From an uncultured Candidatus Saccharibacteria bacterium (lineage in GTDB: Bacteria; Patescibacteriota; UBA1384; 2-12-FULL-50-11; DASWYB01): a stretch of DNA of 64,000 bases. Within the stretch, counting starts at the first letter, position 1. Each line of letters begins with the position of its first letter. Position numbers and translations under genes: made by a program. Below the pieces are notes generated by a model, which was given only the letters and a program-made list of their open reading frames with translations, was not told where the DNA came from and ran no database searches. Below are positions 54,386 through 64,000 of this stretch, piece after piece. The stretch is taken from contig CAYJRF010000002.1 of NCBI GenBank assembly GCA_964372935.1, forward strand, positions 24,330 through 88,329, read 5' to 3'.

Positions 54386-54755
54386 CGCCGTTAGCCTGTC
54401 GGTGAGCGCCTTCGTGACATGGGTGTTTATTGTTACCCAGATTACTCCCCAGCCAAGCGACGGACTACTGATGACAACCTTCTTCGGCTCGTTTATTGTC
54501 TGGCTGGGCAGTCTTCTAACGTTCGCCGGCTACAAAATTCGCCTCGCAAGGAGCAACCGCGAGATCATATATGCCCATATCATGCCATCGATCAGACAAG
54601 GCTTCTTAATATCGGCAACCGTGGCAACGGTGCTGTTTATCCAATTCCTGGGAGTTGTTAGTACGTGGGATGTCGTCTTGGTTATTCTGGTCGCAACATG
54701 CGTCGAGATAGCCGCCCAACGACCCAAGTCCTTTTCCGGAACAAAACATGCGTAA
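54363..54755 (+). CDS. Small four-TM membrane protein, overlapping rbfA and pheS
   Basis: Hydrophobic helices. Overlaps on both sides suggest translational coupling. Confidence 0.4.
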   Translation: MTPPQRFSAVSLSVSAFVTWVFIVTQITPQPSDGLLMTTFFGSFIVWLGSLLTFAGYKIRLARSNREIIYAHIMPSIRQGFLISATVATVLFIQFLGVVSTWDVVLVILVATCVEIAAQRPKSFSGTKHA

Positions 54756-55440
54756 AGGCGTTCTCCATCCGGTTTCGCAGATCATTCGAGTGGCTGTTTC
54801 GGCCCTGGGGGATTTAGGCTTCGATATCGTGGACGATCCGGAAGTCGACACGCCCTGGTATAACTTTGACGGCCTGCGCATGGGACAAAACCACCCGGCT
54901 CGGCAAGGGCACGATACTTTTTGGCTTGACGACCACCGACTACTTCGCACCCATACGACGAATATGCAACTTCATGTCAGCGAGCGCCGCAAGCCTCCAT
55001 ATCGGGTGATTACGTTCGGGCCATGCTATCGCAACGACGCCACCGACGCCACCCACGACATTCGCTTTACCCATCTCGACGGTTTGGCGATAGAAGAGGA
55101 CATTTCGCTTTCTAATCTTCTTTCAATCCTGGATACGTTTATCCGACGTATTTTCGACAACACGACGCGCTACCGTTTTCGACTCCATAATTTTCCATTC
55201 ACGGAACCAAGTTTGGAAGTTGATGTATGGCATAATGAACGCTGGATCGAATTATTAGGAGCCGGTATGGTTCATCCGGAAGTCATCGTTAACATGGGTC
55301 TTGACCCGAAAACATGGCGCGGACTGGCGTTCGGCATCGGACTTGAGCGCGTCTCCATGATCAAGTGGGGGATAGAGGATATCCGATTACTTCATGCCAA
55401 CCGCGTGCCGTTTCTGGGTCAATTTCGAGGCCGACCTTGA
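54748..55440 (+). CDS. pheS: Phenylalanine--tRNA ligase alpha subunit, catalytic core only (230 aa; no N-terminal coiled-coil domain)
   Basis: Class II motifs (HPVSQ, FGPCYRND, GAGMVHPEV...GLAFGIGLERV). Confidence 0.85.
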   Translation: MRKGVLHPVSQIIRVAVSALGDLGFDIVDDPEVDTPWYNFDGLRMGQNHPARQGHDTFWLDDHRLLRTHTTNMQLHVSERRKPPYRVITFGPCYRNDATDATHDIRFTHLDGLAIEEDISLSNLLSILDTFIRRIFDNTTRYRFRLHNFPFTEPSLEVDVWHNERWIELLGAGMVHPEVIVNMGLDPKTWRGLAFGIGLERVSMIKWGIEDIRLLHANRVPFLGQFRGRP

Positions 55441-57710
55441 AATATGTGTATTCGTGGCTACGCGAATTCTACCCCGCCCTACCGAAATTAGGCGACATTG
55501 AGCGCCGCCTAATTTGGCTCGGGCATGACGTTGAAAACATTGAGCGATTATTATATCTCGGTCTCGTCGTGGGCGAAATTCGTCGTCTGGAACCGCACCC
55601 GAATGCCGATCGTTTAGTGCTCCTCGACGTTTTCGACGGCCAAACCAGCCATTCAATCGTCTGCGGCGACACTAGCGTTTCTGTTGGACAAAAAGTAATC
55701 TACGCCCCACCGGGGACATCACTGCCGTGTGGCGTCACCATCAAAAAAGCTTTGGTTCGAGGCGTTAGTTCCGACGGCATGGCGTGCGCCGCTGACGAAC
55801 TGGGGATCGCCCCCGCGCGAGGCAGTCTCTATCCCTTGCCGCCCGAAGCCGCCATTGGCAAGCCCGTAGCCGCCTACTTGCCAGAGGATGGGGTAATTTC
55901 TCTCGACATCACCCCAAATCGCGGCGATGTCCTGAGCCATTTTGGCCTGGCGCGAGATTTGTTGGCGCTGGTGGAACGCCGCCGGCTGGTGGCCAAGTTT
56001 AGTCGGGTTGACTACGCCACGGATCCACAATCTCCCCTGACGATTAGCGACTTACACCGCGACGCCCCCATTTTATCGCTCGGTTCGGCGACGTATGCCT
56101 CCGAGAACGCAGTGACGTCAGCCTTTGTCGCCAGCCGACTTAATCTGGCCGGGAGCAAAACGATTAACTTACCGACCGACATCGCCAATTATCTCATGCT
56201 GGCTTACGGCTTGCCGATTCATGCCTATGATCGATCAAAGCTGTCGGTTGAGCCGCAGTTCGCGATCCGTCGCGCCAAAGACGGCGAAACGGTTCGAGGC
56301 TTAAACGACACCGACTACACTCTGACCCCGCAGGCCTTGGTCGTAACGGACGGCGATCGCGCCGTCGCGATTGCCGGTATCATGGGCGACGACACAACAA
56401 AAACCAGCCGCCATACCCAAGAAGTTGTTTTTGAGTGCGCCTATTTTCAGCCCAAGGCGATCGATATCGCGGCTCGCGGCCTAAATTTGCTGACCGAAAG
56501 CGCCGCCCGTTTTTCGCGCGGAGTTGATTGGGTATTGGCGGACGATATTGTCCGAGAAGCCCAAGCGATGATCCAAAGCCTGGCCGGGGCGACGGTTTTT
56601 CCGCCGGTAAAAAAGGTTGTTTTATGTCCCCAAACCCCCGTGGTTGAGGCTGAAGTCGCAACCATCGGTAAAATTTTAGGCCGCTCAATAACCCAAGAGG
56701 AAATGACTCATCTTTTGACCGCCGTGGGCGTCGCTGTTACGACCACGGCCCGCGGGGTATTAAAGCTCCAGTCTCCCAGTTGGCGCTACGATTTGAATCT
56801 ACCGATTGACTACGCCGAGGAAACGGCGCGGATGATTGGCCTGGAAGAGTGGCAAAAAAAGCCCTTGACGGCCACCGTGCCGCAATGGAAACGCTCTAAA
56901 TACTGGCGTCAAGAGCAACTAAAGGACGTTCTGGTTAATCTAGGCGCCTTGGAAATTGCCACCTACCCGTTCGTCAATCGGCAAGAGGTGGCACTCTTTG
57001 GCCTAAACCAAAATTATCGGCTTGTCTCGACTGTCTTTGACACGGAAAGTTGGTTAAGATCGTCTCTCTTGCCGGGAATGTGTCGCGCTCTGGGCGATAA
57101 TCCCGAAACTCCCAGTCTTTTTTTGTTCGAAATCGCCAAAGTCTTTGGGCCGCTGGAAGTTCCAAAGGTGGCGATCATCGCCAGCGGGCCGAATGAAACC
57201 GAGCTCGACGATTGGTGGAAACATCTGTTTGAACGTCTTAACCTGCCGGTATCGTCATGGATGAGCCGCGCCCAACCGTTACGTCAAGATGTCCTCGCTT
57301 ACTACAAGATCCGTAAGCCGTTCGCGACCACCCTGCAAGTTGGCCTTGACGAGTTATTGACGGCAAAATCGGGAACGGTGAGCGCGACTATTCCCGATTT
57401 GGATAGTGTCGTCTACACTCCATTGTCAAAATATCAGACCAGTCGCCGAGACATCGCCTTGGTGGTTAGTCGTCAAACCAACCCCGTCGAAATTGCCGAA
57501 GCGATTGGAAAACTCACATCGACAATCGTGGGAGTGGAGTTATTCGATCAGTACACCGACAAAGAAAAACTGGGAGCCAATCGCCAGTCTCTGGCCTATC
57601 GAATCGTCTATCAGGCCGCCGATCATACCCTTACCGCCGAGGAGATTCAAGCTTGTCATCGGCAAGTCGAAGAATTTGTCCAGAACAATTTCGGAGCGAC
57701 GCTCCGTTGA
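55437..57710 (+). CDS. pheT: Phenylalanine--tRNA ligase beta subunit
   Basis: LKYVYSWLREF N-terminus, tRNA-binding and B3/4, B5 domains. TTG start overlapping the pheS stop (TTGA). Confidence 0.85.
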   Translation: MKYVYSWLREFYPALPKLGDIERRLIWLGHDVENIERLLYLGLVVGEIRRLEPHPNADRLVLLDVFDGQTSHSIVCGDTSVSVGQKVIYAPPGTSLPCGVTIKKALVRGVSSDGMACAADELGIAPARGSLYPLPPEAAIGKPVAAYLPEDGVISLDITPNRGDVLSHFGLARDLLALVERRRLVAKFSRVDYATDPQSPLTISDLHRDAPILSLGSATYASENAVTSAFVASRLNLAGSKTINLPTDIANYLMLAYGLPIHAYDRSKLSVEPQFAIRRAKDGETVRGLNDTDYTLTPQALVVTDGDRAVAIAGIMGDDTTKTSRHTQEVVFECAYFQPKAIDIAARGLNLLTESAARFSRGVDWVLADDIVREAQAMIQSLAGATVFPPVKKVVLCPQTPVVEAEVATIGKILGRSITQEEMTHLLTAVGVAVTTTARGVLKLQSPSWRYDLNLPIDYAEETARMIGLEEWQKKPLTATVPQWKRSKYWRQEQLKDVLVNLGALEIATYPFVNRQEVALFGLNQNYRLVSTVFDTESWLRSSLLPGMCRALGDNPETPSLFLFEIAKVFGPLEVPKVAIIASGPNETELDDWWKHLFERLNLPVSSWMSRAQPLRQDVLAYYKIRKPFATTLQVGLDELLTAKSGTVSATIPDLDSVVYTPLSKYQTSRRDIALVVSRQTNPVEIAEAIGKLTSTIVGVELFDQYTDKEKLGANRQSLAYRIVYQAADHTLTAEEIQACHRQVEEFVQNNFGATLR

Positions 57711-58450
57711 TGGTCGAGCCAACACGCCTCAACAAAATACTTGCCCATCTCGGTTGGGGATCGCGACGCGAGATTGACCGATTGATCTTGGCCGGCCGAG
57801 TCAAAGTAAATCATCGTTTGGCCACCCCGGGAGATCGCGTCCTGCCGCAAGACATCTTGTCTGTGGACGGACGCGCCGTCGAGCGGCTGGCACTCGCGCC
57901 GACCGTTTTGGCTTTCAACAAGCCACCGGGCGTCACCTCGACTCGCCGCGACAGGCATGCCGCCGTCACCGTCATGGACTATCTGCCCAAAAACTATCAG
58001 CACCTTTATCCGGTCGGTCGGCTCGATCGCGATAGCCGCGGGTTGATACTCCTAACTAATATCGGAGACTTCGCCCGATGGTTAACTCATCCGTCGTCGT
58101 CCCAAACAAAAGAGTACGATGTGGCTTTTCGTGCCCGAATCTCAAAGAGTCGCGCCGCATTTACGAACGATTGCCGACGCTTGACACATGAAATAATTCT
58201 TCCCGAAGTTCAGACTCGTCCGGTCAGGGTCAAAAAAAAATATTTCCATATTACCGGCCAAGTTGGGACAGCGACGATAGTGTTAACCGAGGGAAAAAAA
58301 CGACAAATTCGACGCCTCTTAGCGCAACTGGGCTACGTTGTCAGCGATTTGTGTCGGACCGCCATCGGTGCCATCACCCTCGGACATCTTCCCGAAGGAC
58401 AGTATCGACTCGTCAGTCCGGAATTACTGGCTAAAACATGGCGAAACTAG
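57710..58450 (+). CDS. rRNA pseudouridine synthase (RsuA/RluB family) with an S4 domain
   Basis: RLNKILAHLGWGSRREIDRLI (S4) and PVGRLDRDSRGLILLTN (catalytic Asp). Confidence 0.85.
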   Translation: MVEPTRLNKILAHLGWGSRREIDRLILAGRVKVNHRLATPGDRVLPQDILSVDGRAVERLALAPTVLAFNKPPGVTSTRRDRHAAVTVMDYLPKNYQHLYPVGRLDRDSRGLILLTNIGDFARWLTHPSSSQTKEYDVAFRARISKSRAAFTNDCRRLTHEIILPEVQTRPVRVKKKYFHITGQVGTATIVLTEGKKRQIRRLLAQLGYVVSDLCRTAIGAITLGHLPEGQYRLVSPELLAKTWRN

Positions 58451-58451
58451 C

Positions 58452-59411
58452 ATGAATAAATCGATTCTGTCCTGGTTGGCTGTCGCCCTCGCCGTTTTCG
58501 GGGTTATCGTCATTGGCAATGCTGCTCTTGCCTGGCGTTCGCGCCAGTCGCCGCCCTCGCCGCCCTCCGTGCCTTTGGAGGCAAACCGCGCCGCCAGCGA
58601 CATCGCATCGGTAGCCAGGACCTTAGATAGGCCGACTGTAGACACCCGGCCGTTACGGAACAATCCGCCCGACGTATTGGCAAAGTCGTACATCGTGATC
58701 GACGCCTCGAACAAATACCCCCTGACGACGCGCGATCCGGATACGCTGGCGCCAATAGCGTCAATTACGAAAATTATGACTGCCATGGTCGTTCTTCAAA
58801 CTTTGCCTTTGGATAAAGTCGTCACCGTCTCGGCCGACGCGGCAACGATTACCGGCTCGGAAATTCAACTTCTCACTGGCGAAACGATTACGGTTCGCAA
58901 TCTTCTCTACGCCTTGTTAATAAATTCCGCCAATGACGCCGCGATGGCGCTGGCCCAAGCCAACACCACGCCGAACGATTTTGTCGCGCGCATGAATCAA
59001 ACCGCCCGCGATTTGGGGCTGACCAACACCATATTCAAAGACCCGGCGGGTCTGGACGACAGCGGTCATTCCACACCGCGAGACATTGCTCTGCTCATGT
59101 CCTACGCCATGAGCAATCCAATTTTCCGAGACATCGCCGCAACGCCCCGCTACACTATCACTTCCGTTAACGGACGATATAATCACGTCTTAAAAACTTC
59201 CAATCGTCTTATTGACCCCGAAGATCCGCTCTACTACCCCAACGCCATGGGCGGTAAAACCGGCTTTACCTACGTTGCCGGCCACTGTTTGGTCGCGGTT
59301 GCCGACGTCAATGGCAAGCGTTACGTCGCCGTCATTCTTAACACCAACAATCAGGCTCTTGATGCAAGCGCCCGGGAAGCTCGGAAACTTCTAGTCTGGT
59401 CGGCACAATAG
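58452..59411 (+). CDS. Serine-type D-Ala-D-Ala carboxypeptidase (PBP5/S11-like)
   Basis: SITK (SxxK), SAN (SxN), KTG, and a signal/TM N-terminus. Confidence 0.8.
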   Translation: MNKSILSWLAVALAVFGVIVIGNAALAWRSRQSPPSPPSVPLEANRAASDIASVARTLDRPTVDTRPLRNNPPDVLAKSYIVIDASNKYPLTTRDPDTLAPIASITKIMTAMVVLQTLPLDKVVTVSADAATITGSEIQLLTGETITVRNLLYALLINSANDAAMALAQANTTPNDFVARMNQTARDLGLTNTIFKDPAGLDDSGHSTPRDIALLMSYAMSNPIFRDIAATPRYTITSVNGRYNHVLKTSNRLIDPEDPLYYPNAMGGKTGFTYVAGHCLVAVADVNGKRYVAVILNTNNQALDASAREARKLLVWSAQ

Positions 59412-59465
59412 TCCATTAACTTATATGCTCATCGCAAACGAGATGATCACTTGATTAGGAAAAAC

Positions 59466-59493
59466 TTGACGATCGTTAGCAAGATGTTAGTAT
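59466..59493 (+). promoter_or_regulatory. Promoter TTGACG-16-TAGTAT ending 6 nt before ATG 59500 (leaderless geometry)
   Basis: Hexamers at 59466-59471 and 59488-59493. No SD. Confidence 0.45.
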
Positions 59494-59499
59494 GCGGCT

Positions 59500-60234
59500 A
59501 TGATTCCGTCCGAGTTGTCGCTATTCCACCAAGTTTTGGTTCAAATAGAAAACATTCCGAAAGCGACAAAGGACGATATTCGCGCCTTGGGACGACCGCG
59601 CCAAACTTTGGGAGCGCTGGGACGACTCGAAGGCATGGGCTATGTCAAACGGGTCGAAAACGAACGCCGGAGCTACTTTCACCTTACGCCCGCCGGCGAT
59701 GAGTACTTGGCCAACCTCCTAGTCCGTGTTCCCGATCAATCGAGGCAATGGGATGAAAAATGGCGAATTTTTGTCTTTGACCTACCCGACACCGACACCA
59801 AACGAACATCCCGTCAATTACTCCGTCATCGCCTATTGGCCCTGGGCGCTCGGATGCTCAACAGCAACGTTTGGATCGCCGCCCACCGTATAGTCGTCGA
59901 TCAATTCACCCAAGTCGTTGATCGTCAGTACGGTAACATGCCGATATACATATTCGAGGCCAAAACGGTTAACCAGCGGTTGATTGACATTGGTCGACTG
60001 TGGAACTTAAAACGCCTCGCGCGGGAATATGACAAATTATTCAAACACTTCGCCATCGTCTACCATCAACTGCCGCACCGTCGAGACAGTTCGTTCATCG
60101 CCAAGTGCCTTATCCTCCAATTGGCTCTCGTTGCTCGGCAAGATCCCCAGTTACCGTCGCGATTCCTGACCGATCCGTGGATTGGCAACGAGGCCGCTCA
60201 ATGGCACGAAAAGCTGCGAACTTTTTGTTCCTAA
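59500..60234 (+). CDS. PaaX-family transcriptional regulator
   Basis: N-terminal wHTH plus PaaX_C-like WDEKWRIFVFDLPDTDTKRTSRQLLRHRLLALGARMLNSNVW. Confidence 0.6.
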   Translation: MIPSELSLFHQVLVQIENIPKATKDDIRALGRPRQTLGALGRLEGMGYVKRVENERRSYFHLTPAGDEYLANLLVRVPDQSRQWDEKWRIFVFDLPDTDTKRTSRQLLRHRLLALGARMLNSNVWIAAHRIVVDQFTQVVDRQYGNMPIYIFEAKTVNQRLIDIGRLWNLKRLAREYDKLFKHFAIVYHQLPHRRDSSFIAKCLILQLALVARQDPQLPSRFLTDPWIGNEAAQWHEKLRTFCS

Positions 60235-60390
60235 CGGATAAAATTATTTTGCCATCCGAAGGCGCTCGGCGCCAAAAGATGCGCCCTAATTCGGTTCCAC
60301 GCCGGGGCGCGCCGCCATTGGCTCGGGTCGATGAGCCAGTTGACAGGCGCCAACGGGTGTGATTAATTGGAACAACAGAAAGGAGTATAT

Positions 60391-61071
60391 ATGACTGTAC
60401 GTGATTGGTCGGATACGACGAACGCCGCTCTCCAGGACGCCTGGACGCGGATCGTCAATTATCTGCCGAATTTGATTGGGGCGATTGTGATTATCGTTAT
60501 CGGTGTTCTTGTGGCAAACATTATTAAGTGGATCATCGCGCGACTCGTTGACGCGTCGCGTCTTCAGTCCGCCTTCGACAGTCTGTCGTTCACCCAGGCC
60601 TTGAAGCGAGCCAAGGTGTCCACCGACTTGCCGGAGATGATCGGTCAGTTCGCGAAATGGCTCACCATTGTCCTGTTCCTATTACCAGCCGCTTCGATCT
60701 TGGGTTTGTCGCAGATCAGCAATATCCTCAACAATATCATCCTGTACCTTCCCAACATCGGTAGCGCTGTCATCATCATCTTTCTTGGAGCGCTGTTCGC
60801 TACCTTTATTGGCAACATCGTCCGGGCCACGGCGGCCGGATTGGGAGCGGACATGTCCGGCGGATTGGCTACCCTTAGCCGCTATCTTATCCTGATCTTC
60901 GCCGGTTTGACGGCATTGTCTCAGTTGGGTATCGCCTTGCCGGTGATAAATATTCTCTTGACAGGATTCGTGGCCGCCGCTGCCATTGCCATCGGTTTAG
61001 CGTTTGGTCTGGGAGGCAAGGACGCTGCGGCGGACCTCGTGGCCAAAATTCGCCGCGACTTCAGCCAGTGA
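60391..61071 (+). CDS. Membrane protein with two conserved-TM-helix repeats (MscS-related N-terminal module)
   Basis: Repeated LPN(L/I)G(A/S)x(V/I)II..G.L motif helices. AAAGGAG SD 7 nt before ATG. Confidence 0.5.
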   Translation: MTVRDWSDTTNAALQDAWTRIVNYLPNLIGAIVIIVIGVLVANIIKWIIARLVDASRLQSAFDSLSFTQALKRAKVSTDLPEMIGQFAKWLTIVLFLLPAASILGLSQISNILNNIILYLPNIGSAVIIIFLGALFATFIGNIVRATAAGLGADMSGGLATLSRYLILIFAGLTALSQLGIALPVINILLTGFVAAAAIAIGLAFGLGGKDAAADLVAKIRRDFSQ

Positions 61072-61089
61072 TCGCAGATTAGAGAATCG

Positions 61090-61120
61090 AAAAAACTCCA
61101 GCCCGGTGCTGGAGTTTTTG
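61090..61120. terminator. Bidirectional intrinsic terminator aaaaaaCTCCAGCccggtGCTGGAGtttttgg
   Basis: 9-bp stem flanked by an A-run and a T-run, between convergent genes. Confidence 0.65.
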
Positions 61121-61122
61121 GG

Positions 61123-61833
61123 TTAGGCGGCCGCCACCGGTTTGGCGTAAGCTTTGAGGGCCATGGCGGCCGCGGCTTGTTCGGCAGTCTGTTTTGAGTT
61201 GCCGGTGGCCTCGGCCAGTTGGCGTTGTGCCAAGAAAACGCCTACCAGAAAAACTTTGGCGTGATCCGGCCCGCTTTCGCCTAAAACATCGTAATGCGGC
61301 GTAACACCTTCTCGCGCTTGGGTGATTTCCTGAAGTCGGCTTTTGGGATCAACGTGAAGTTCGTGGGCAAGGATCTGTTCTAACTTGACGCAAACGCGAG
61401 CTTCAATAAAATCTCGCGCCGTTTCCAGACCGGTATCTTGATAAATTGCCCCAAGAAGGGCCTCGAACATGTTCGCCAGCAAAATCTGACGCGCCTTACC
61501 CCCGGCTTTTTCTTCGCCGCGCGAAAGCAGAAGGTACTCACCTAATTTCATCTCTCCGCATATTTCGGCCAAATGTTGGCCTCGAACTAGAGCGCTGCGC
61601 CAGTTAGTTAACTCGCCTTCCGGCTGGGAATAATTATTGTAGAGATATTCCGTTACAACTAATTCCAGAACCGCGTCGCCCAAAAACTCCAATCGCTCAT
61701 TGTGTCCTAAATGCCACCCCGTATTCTCGTTGATATACGAGCGATGGATGAAAACCTGACGGAGGAGATCGCGATTCTTAAACTTGATGGCGATAGTCGT
61801 TTCGATCGCCGCGAGCTGTTTGTCGGTAAGCAT
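61123..61833 (-). CDS. rnc: Ribonuclease III
   Basis: ERLEFLGDAVLELVV catalytic signature and a C-terminal dsRBD. Confidence 0.9.
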   Translation of the reverse strand: MLTDKQLAAIETTIAIKFKNRDLLRQVFIHRSYINENTGWHLGHNERLEFLGDAVLELVVTEYLYNNYSQPEGELTNWRSALVRGQHLAEICGEMKLGEYLLLSRGEEKAGGKARQILLANMFEALLGAIYQDTGLETARDFIEARVCVKLEQILAHELHVDPKSRLQEITQAREGVTPHYDVLGESGPDHAKVFLVGVFLAQRQLAEATGNSKQTAEQAAAAMALKAYAKPVAAA

Positions 61834-61837
61834 GACT

Positions 61838-62293
61838 TTAGACTTTATCGCCAGTCGCGTCTTCGTTATTGGCCTGATCGTGGCCGTAACGCGGGCTCTG
61901 CCGATAGACAGCTCCCAAAACTCCATTGACAAAACGCGACGTGTTATCTCCACCAAAAGTCTTCGCCAGCTCAACCGCCTCGTTAATCGCCACTTTTGCC
62001 GGCACGTCCGGCGAATAGAGCAGCTCGTGGATTGCCAGTCGCAAAATAGATTTATCTACCACCGAAATTTGATTGAGCGGCCACTCCGGGGCGTATTGCT
62101 CGATTAACCGATCAATCTCGGCCCGTTCCTTAACCACCCCGCTAATCAGATTGCGGACAAACGCGGCATCGTCGTTGCCGTGATCTGTCGCTTGGAGATT
62201 CGCCGCGAGCATATCATCCACCGAACCGTCGGGATGAAAGTCCCACTCATAGAGAGTTTGCATCGCCAGTGTACGCGACAAGTGCCTATTCAT
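61838..62293 (-). CDS. nusB: Transcription antitermination factor NusB
   Basis: RTLAMQTLYEWDF... all-helical NusB. Confidence 0.85.
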   Translation of the reverse strand: MNRHLSRTLAMQTLYEWDFHPDGSVDDMLAANLQATDHGNDDAAFVRNLISGVVKERAEIDRLIEQYAPEWPLNQISVVDKSILRLAIHELLYSPDVPAKVAINEAVELAKTFGGDNTSRFVNGVLGAVYRQSPRYGHDQANNEDATGDKV

Positions 62294-62489
62294 GATCGGA
62301 CTGGTTTTTTTTCGCCGGCGTTTTTATTAACTGTCGCCCGCGGTAAAACCCGCAGTGACCGCAAACAGTATGCGACGATATTAACACCCCGCAGTTTGAG
62401 CAGGCGACACCGCGATTGATTTTGAGAGACAAATGACCGCGACGGCGGCCGGATCGCGAGGCGGAAAGTTTTTTCTTTGGTACTGGCAT
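62286..62489 (-). CDS. rpmF: 50S ribosomal protein L32
   Basis: Zinc ribbon CSNCG...CGHCGFYRGRQ. Confidence 0.85.
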   Translation of the reverse strand: MPVPKKKLSASRSGRRRGHLSLKINRGVACSNCGVLISSHTVCGHCGFYRGRQLIKTPAKKNQSDHE

Positions 62490-62548
62490 GAGACGACCTT
62501 ATTGGGATTTGGCTAACTAAGCTTAAAATTCACCTTGACGCGTTACGG

Positions 62549-64000
62549 TCATAATTGTATCACAAAATTGACTATTTTTCGCGGCACGAATACGGTCGAT
62601 ACCATATTGCCTTGGTCGAGTCGGCTCTTGACGGCTCCGAGCGTTCGAGCTTTGGCCACGACATCCGGCTGGTTAGCCTCCTTAGGCACAACTAAAGTCG
62701 CCCGCAGTTTGCCGTTAATTTGGACCGCATAAGTTACCGTCGGCGACTCGTCTTGAAACGCCGCGTCAGGCCAAGGTTGGCGAAAAATTGATTGAGGATG
62801 GCCGAAACGCTCCCAAACCTCTTCGGCAAAATGGGGGAAAAATGGCGCCAGCAAACGACAGAGAATTTCGCCATCGGCGCGAGTTGGTCCATCCGGAAGA
62901 GAATTGAAGGCGATCATTAACGCGCTAATAGCCCGATTAAACTCTCGTCGTTTAATGAAGCCGGTAACCGCTCCCACCGACTGTTTTACGGCTTGGGAAA
63001 CATCTTGACTATCGCGGACATTTATTAGGCCGGTCCAAGCGCGACCCAGAAACCGCGTGATGCCGCTAATACCCTGATCTCGCCACTCAACATCCTGATC
63101 GGCTGGTCCCATGAACAAGATGTACCCGCGAAGAGCGTCCGCGCCGTGGCGTTTAACCATAACGTCGGGATTGACAACGTTGCCCTTGGACTTCGACATC
63201 TTATGCCCGCGATAATAAACCATGCCATTGCCAAAAAAAGTTTCGAACGGTTCGGAATACGGCACCAGTCCAAGACGAAACATCGCCCGCATAATAAATC
63301 TCGCGTACAGGAGATGGAGAATAGAATGCTCGACGCCGCCGACATAAAAATCCACCGGTAACCAGCGCTTGACCTGTTCACTGTTCCACGCCGCTCGGCG
63401 ATTGGCGGGATCGGTAAAGCGCAAATAATACCAGCTCGAATCGACGAACGTGTCGAGGGTGTCGGTTTCTCGCTTGGCCGAACCGCCGCAGTTGGGACAT
63501 TTGACGTCGGAAAACGTGGGATGGTGGGCGAGAAGCGAACCGCCCCTCGGTAGAAACTCCATGTCCTCGGGCAAAAGCACCGGTAAATCGGTTTCCCTGA
63601 CCGGTTGCTGACCGCACTTGTCGCAATAAATAATCGGGATCGGCGTTCCCCAATACCGCTGACGCGACACCAGCCAATCGCGCAAACGATAACTAACAGC
63701 CGCTCGGCCCCGTCCAGCCGTCTCCAGATCTGTCGTTATCCGGGTCATGGCCACCTGGCTCGATAATCCATTATAACGACCCGAGTTAACCACCACACCA
63801 AGACCGGTAAACGCTCGGCCCTCGTCTGCCTCCCCGGCGGTCGGCCGAATAACGAAGCGGATCGGCAAGCGGTTACGCCGCGCGAATTCAAAATCGCGCT
63901 CATCGTGGGCCGGTACTCCCATAACCGCGCCCGTCCCCGCCGTGGCAATCACGTAGTCGGCAATCCACACGGCTATTTTTTCGCCCGTAATCGGATGACG
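62549..64000 (-). CDS. leuS: Leucine--tRNA ligase, C-terminal ~480 aa; N-terminal part beyond the right edge
   Basis: IAVWIADYVIATAGTGAVMGVPAHDERDFEFA (LeuS KMSKS-proximal region) and ...KMSKSKGNVV. The ORF is open to the window end. Confidence 0.9.
   Translation of the reverse strand, partial: RHPITGEKIAVWIADYVIATAGTGAVMGVPAHDERDFEFARRNRLPIRFVIRPTAGEADEGRAFTGLGVVVNSGRYNGLSSQVAMTRITTDLETAGRGRAAVSYRLRDWLVSRQRYWGTPIPIIYCDKCGQQPVRETDLPVLLPEDMEFLPRGGSLLAHHPTFSDVKCPNCGGSAKRETDTLDTFVDSSWYYLRFTDPANRRAAWNSEQVKRWLPVDFYVGGVEHSILHLLYARFIMRAMFRLGLVPYSEPFETFFGNGMVYYRGHKMSKSKGNVVNPDVMVKRHGADALRGYILFMGPADQDVEWRDQGISGITRFLGRAWTGLINVRDSQDVSQAVKQSVGAVTGFIKRREFNRAISALMIAFNSLPDGPTRADGEILCRLLAPFFPHFAEEVWERFGHPQSIFRQPWPDAAFQDESPTVTYAVQINGKLRATLVVPKEANQPDVVAKARTLGAVKSRLDQGNMVSTVFVPRKIVNFVIQL

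Overview
This 64 kb window has coding sequence on both strands and is dominated by core information-processing genes. Moderate GC and the lack of an L30 gene in the spc cluster suggest, as an inference only, a reduced-genome lineage of the CPR/Patescibacteria type.

Left to right:
- uvrA N-terminus (minus strand, runs off the left edge), an M16 peptidase, uvrB.
- A translationally coupled pair: a small membrane protein and a membrane-anchored ClpC-like AAA+ protein with a degenerate first ATPase domain.
- A small polysaccharide mini-locus: initiating sugar transferase, GT4 glycosyltransferase and a Wzz-like protein.
- gyrB-gyrA, infB, a LysM-M23 peptidase, obg.
- A giant ribosomal/RNAP super-cluster: rpoB-rpoC-rpsL-rpsG-fusA, tuf-rpsJ, then rplC through rpsI including secY, adk, map, infA, rpmJ and rpoA.
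- The super-cluster is interrupted by non-ribosomal inserts. A small HicB-like ORF sits between rpsG and fusA. A high-GC, opposite-strand secreted-protein cassette with its own promoter and terminator sits between fusA and tuf. An ABC exporter sits between rpsJ and rplC. A LysM membrane protein sits between secY and adk.
- Downstream: a putative sortase-sorted surface protein, an FNR-like oxidoreductase, a 430 bp structured non-coding region, a membrane-anchored HExxH putative metalloprotease, then rbfA, a membrane protein, short pheS, pheT, a pseudouridine synthase and a DD-carboxypeptidase.
- Finally a PaaX-like regulator, a TM-helix-repeat membrane protein, a bidirectional terminator, and on the minus strand rnc, nusB, rpmF and leuS (runs off the right edge).

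Several genes show a recurring leaderless promoter geometry (-35, 16-17 nt, -10, 6 nt, start codon). No tRNA, rRNA or CRISPR array was recognised.
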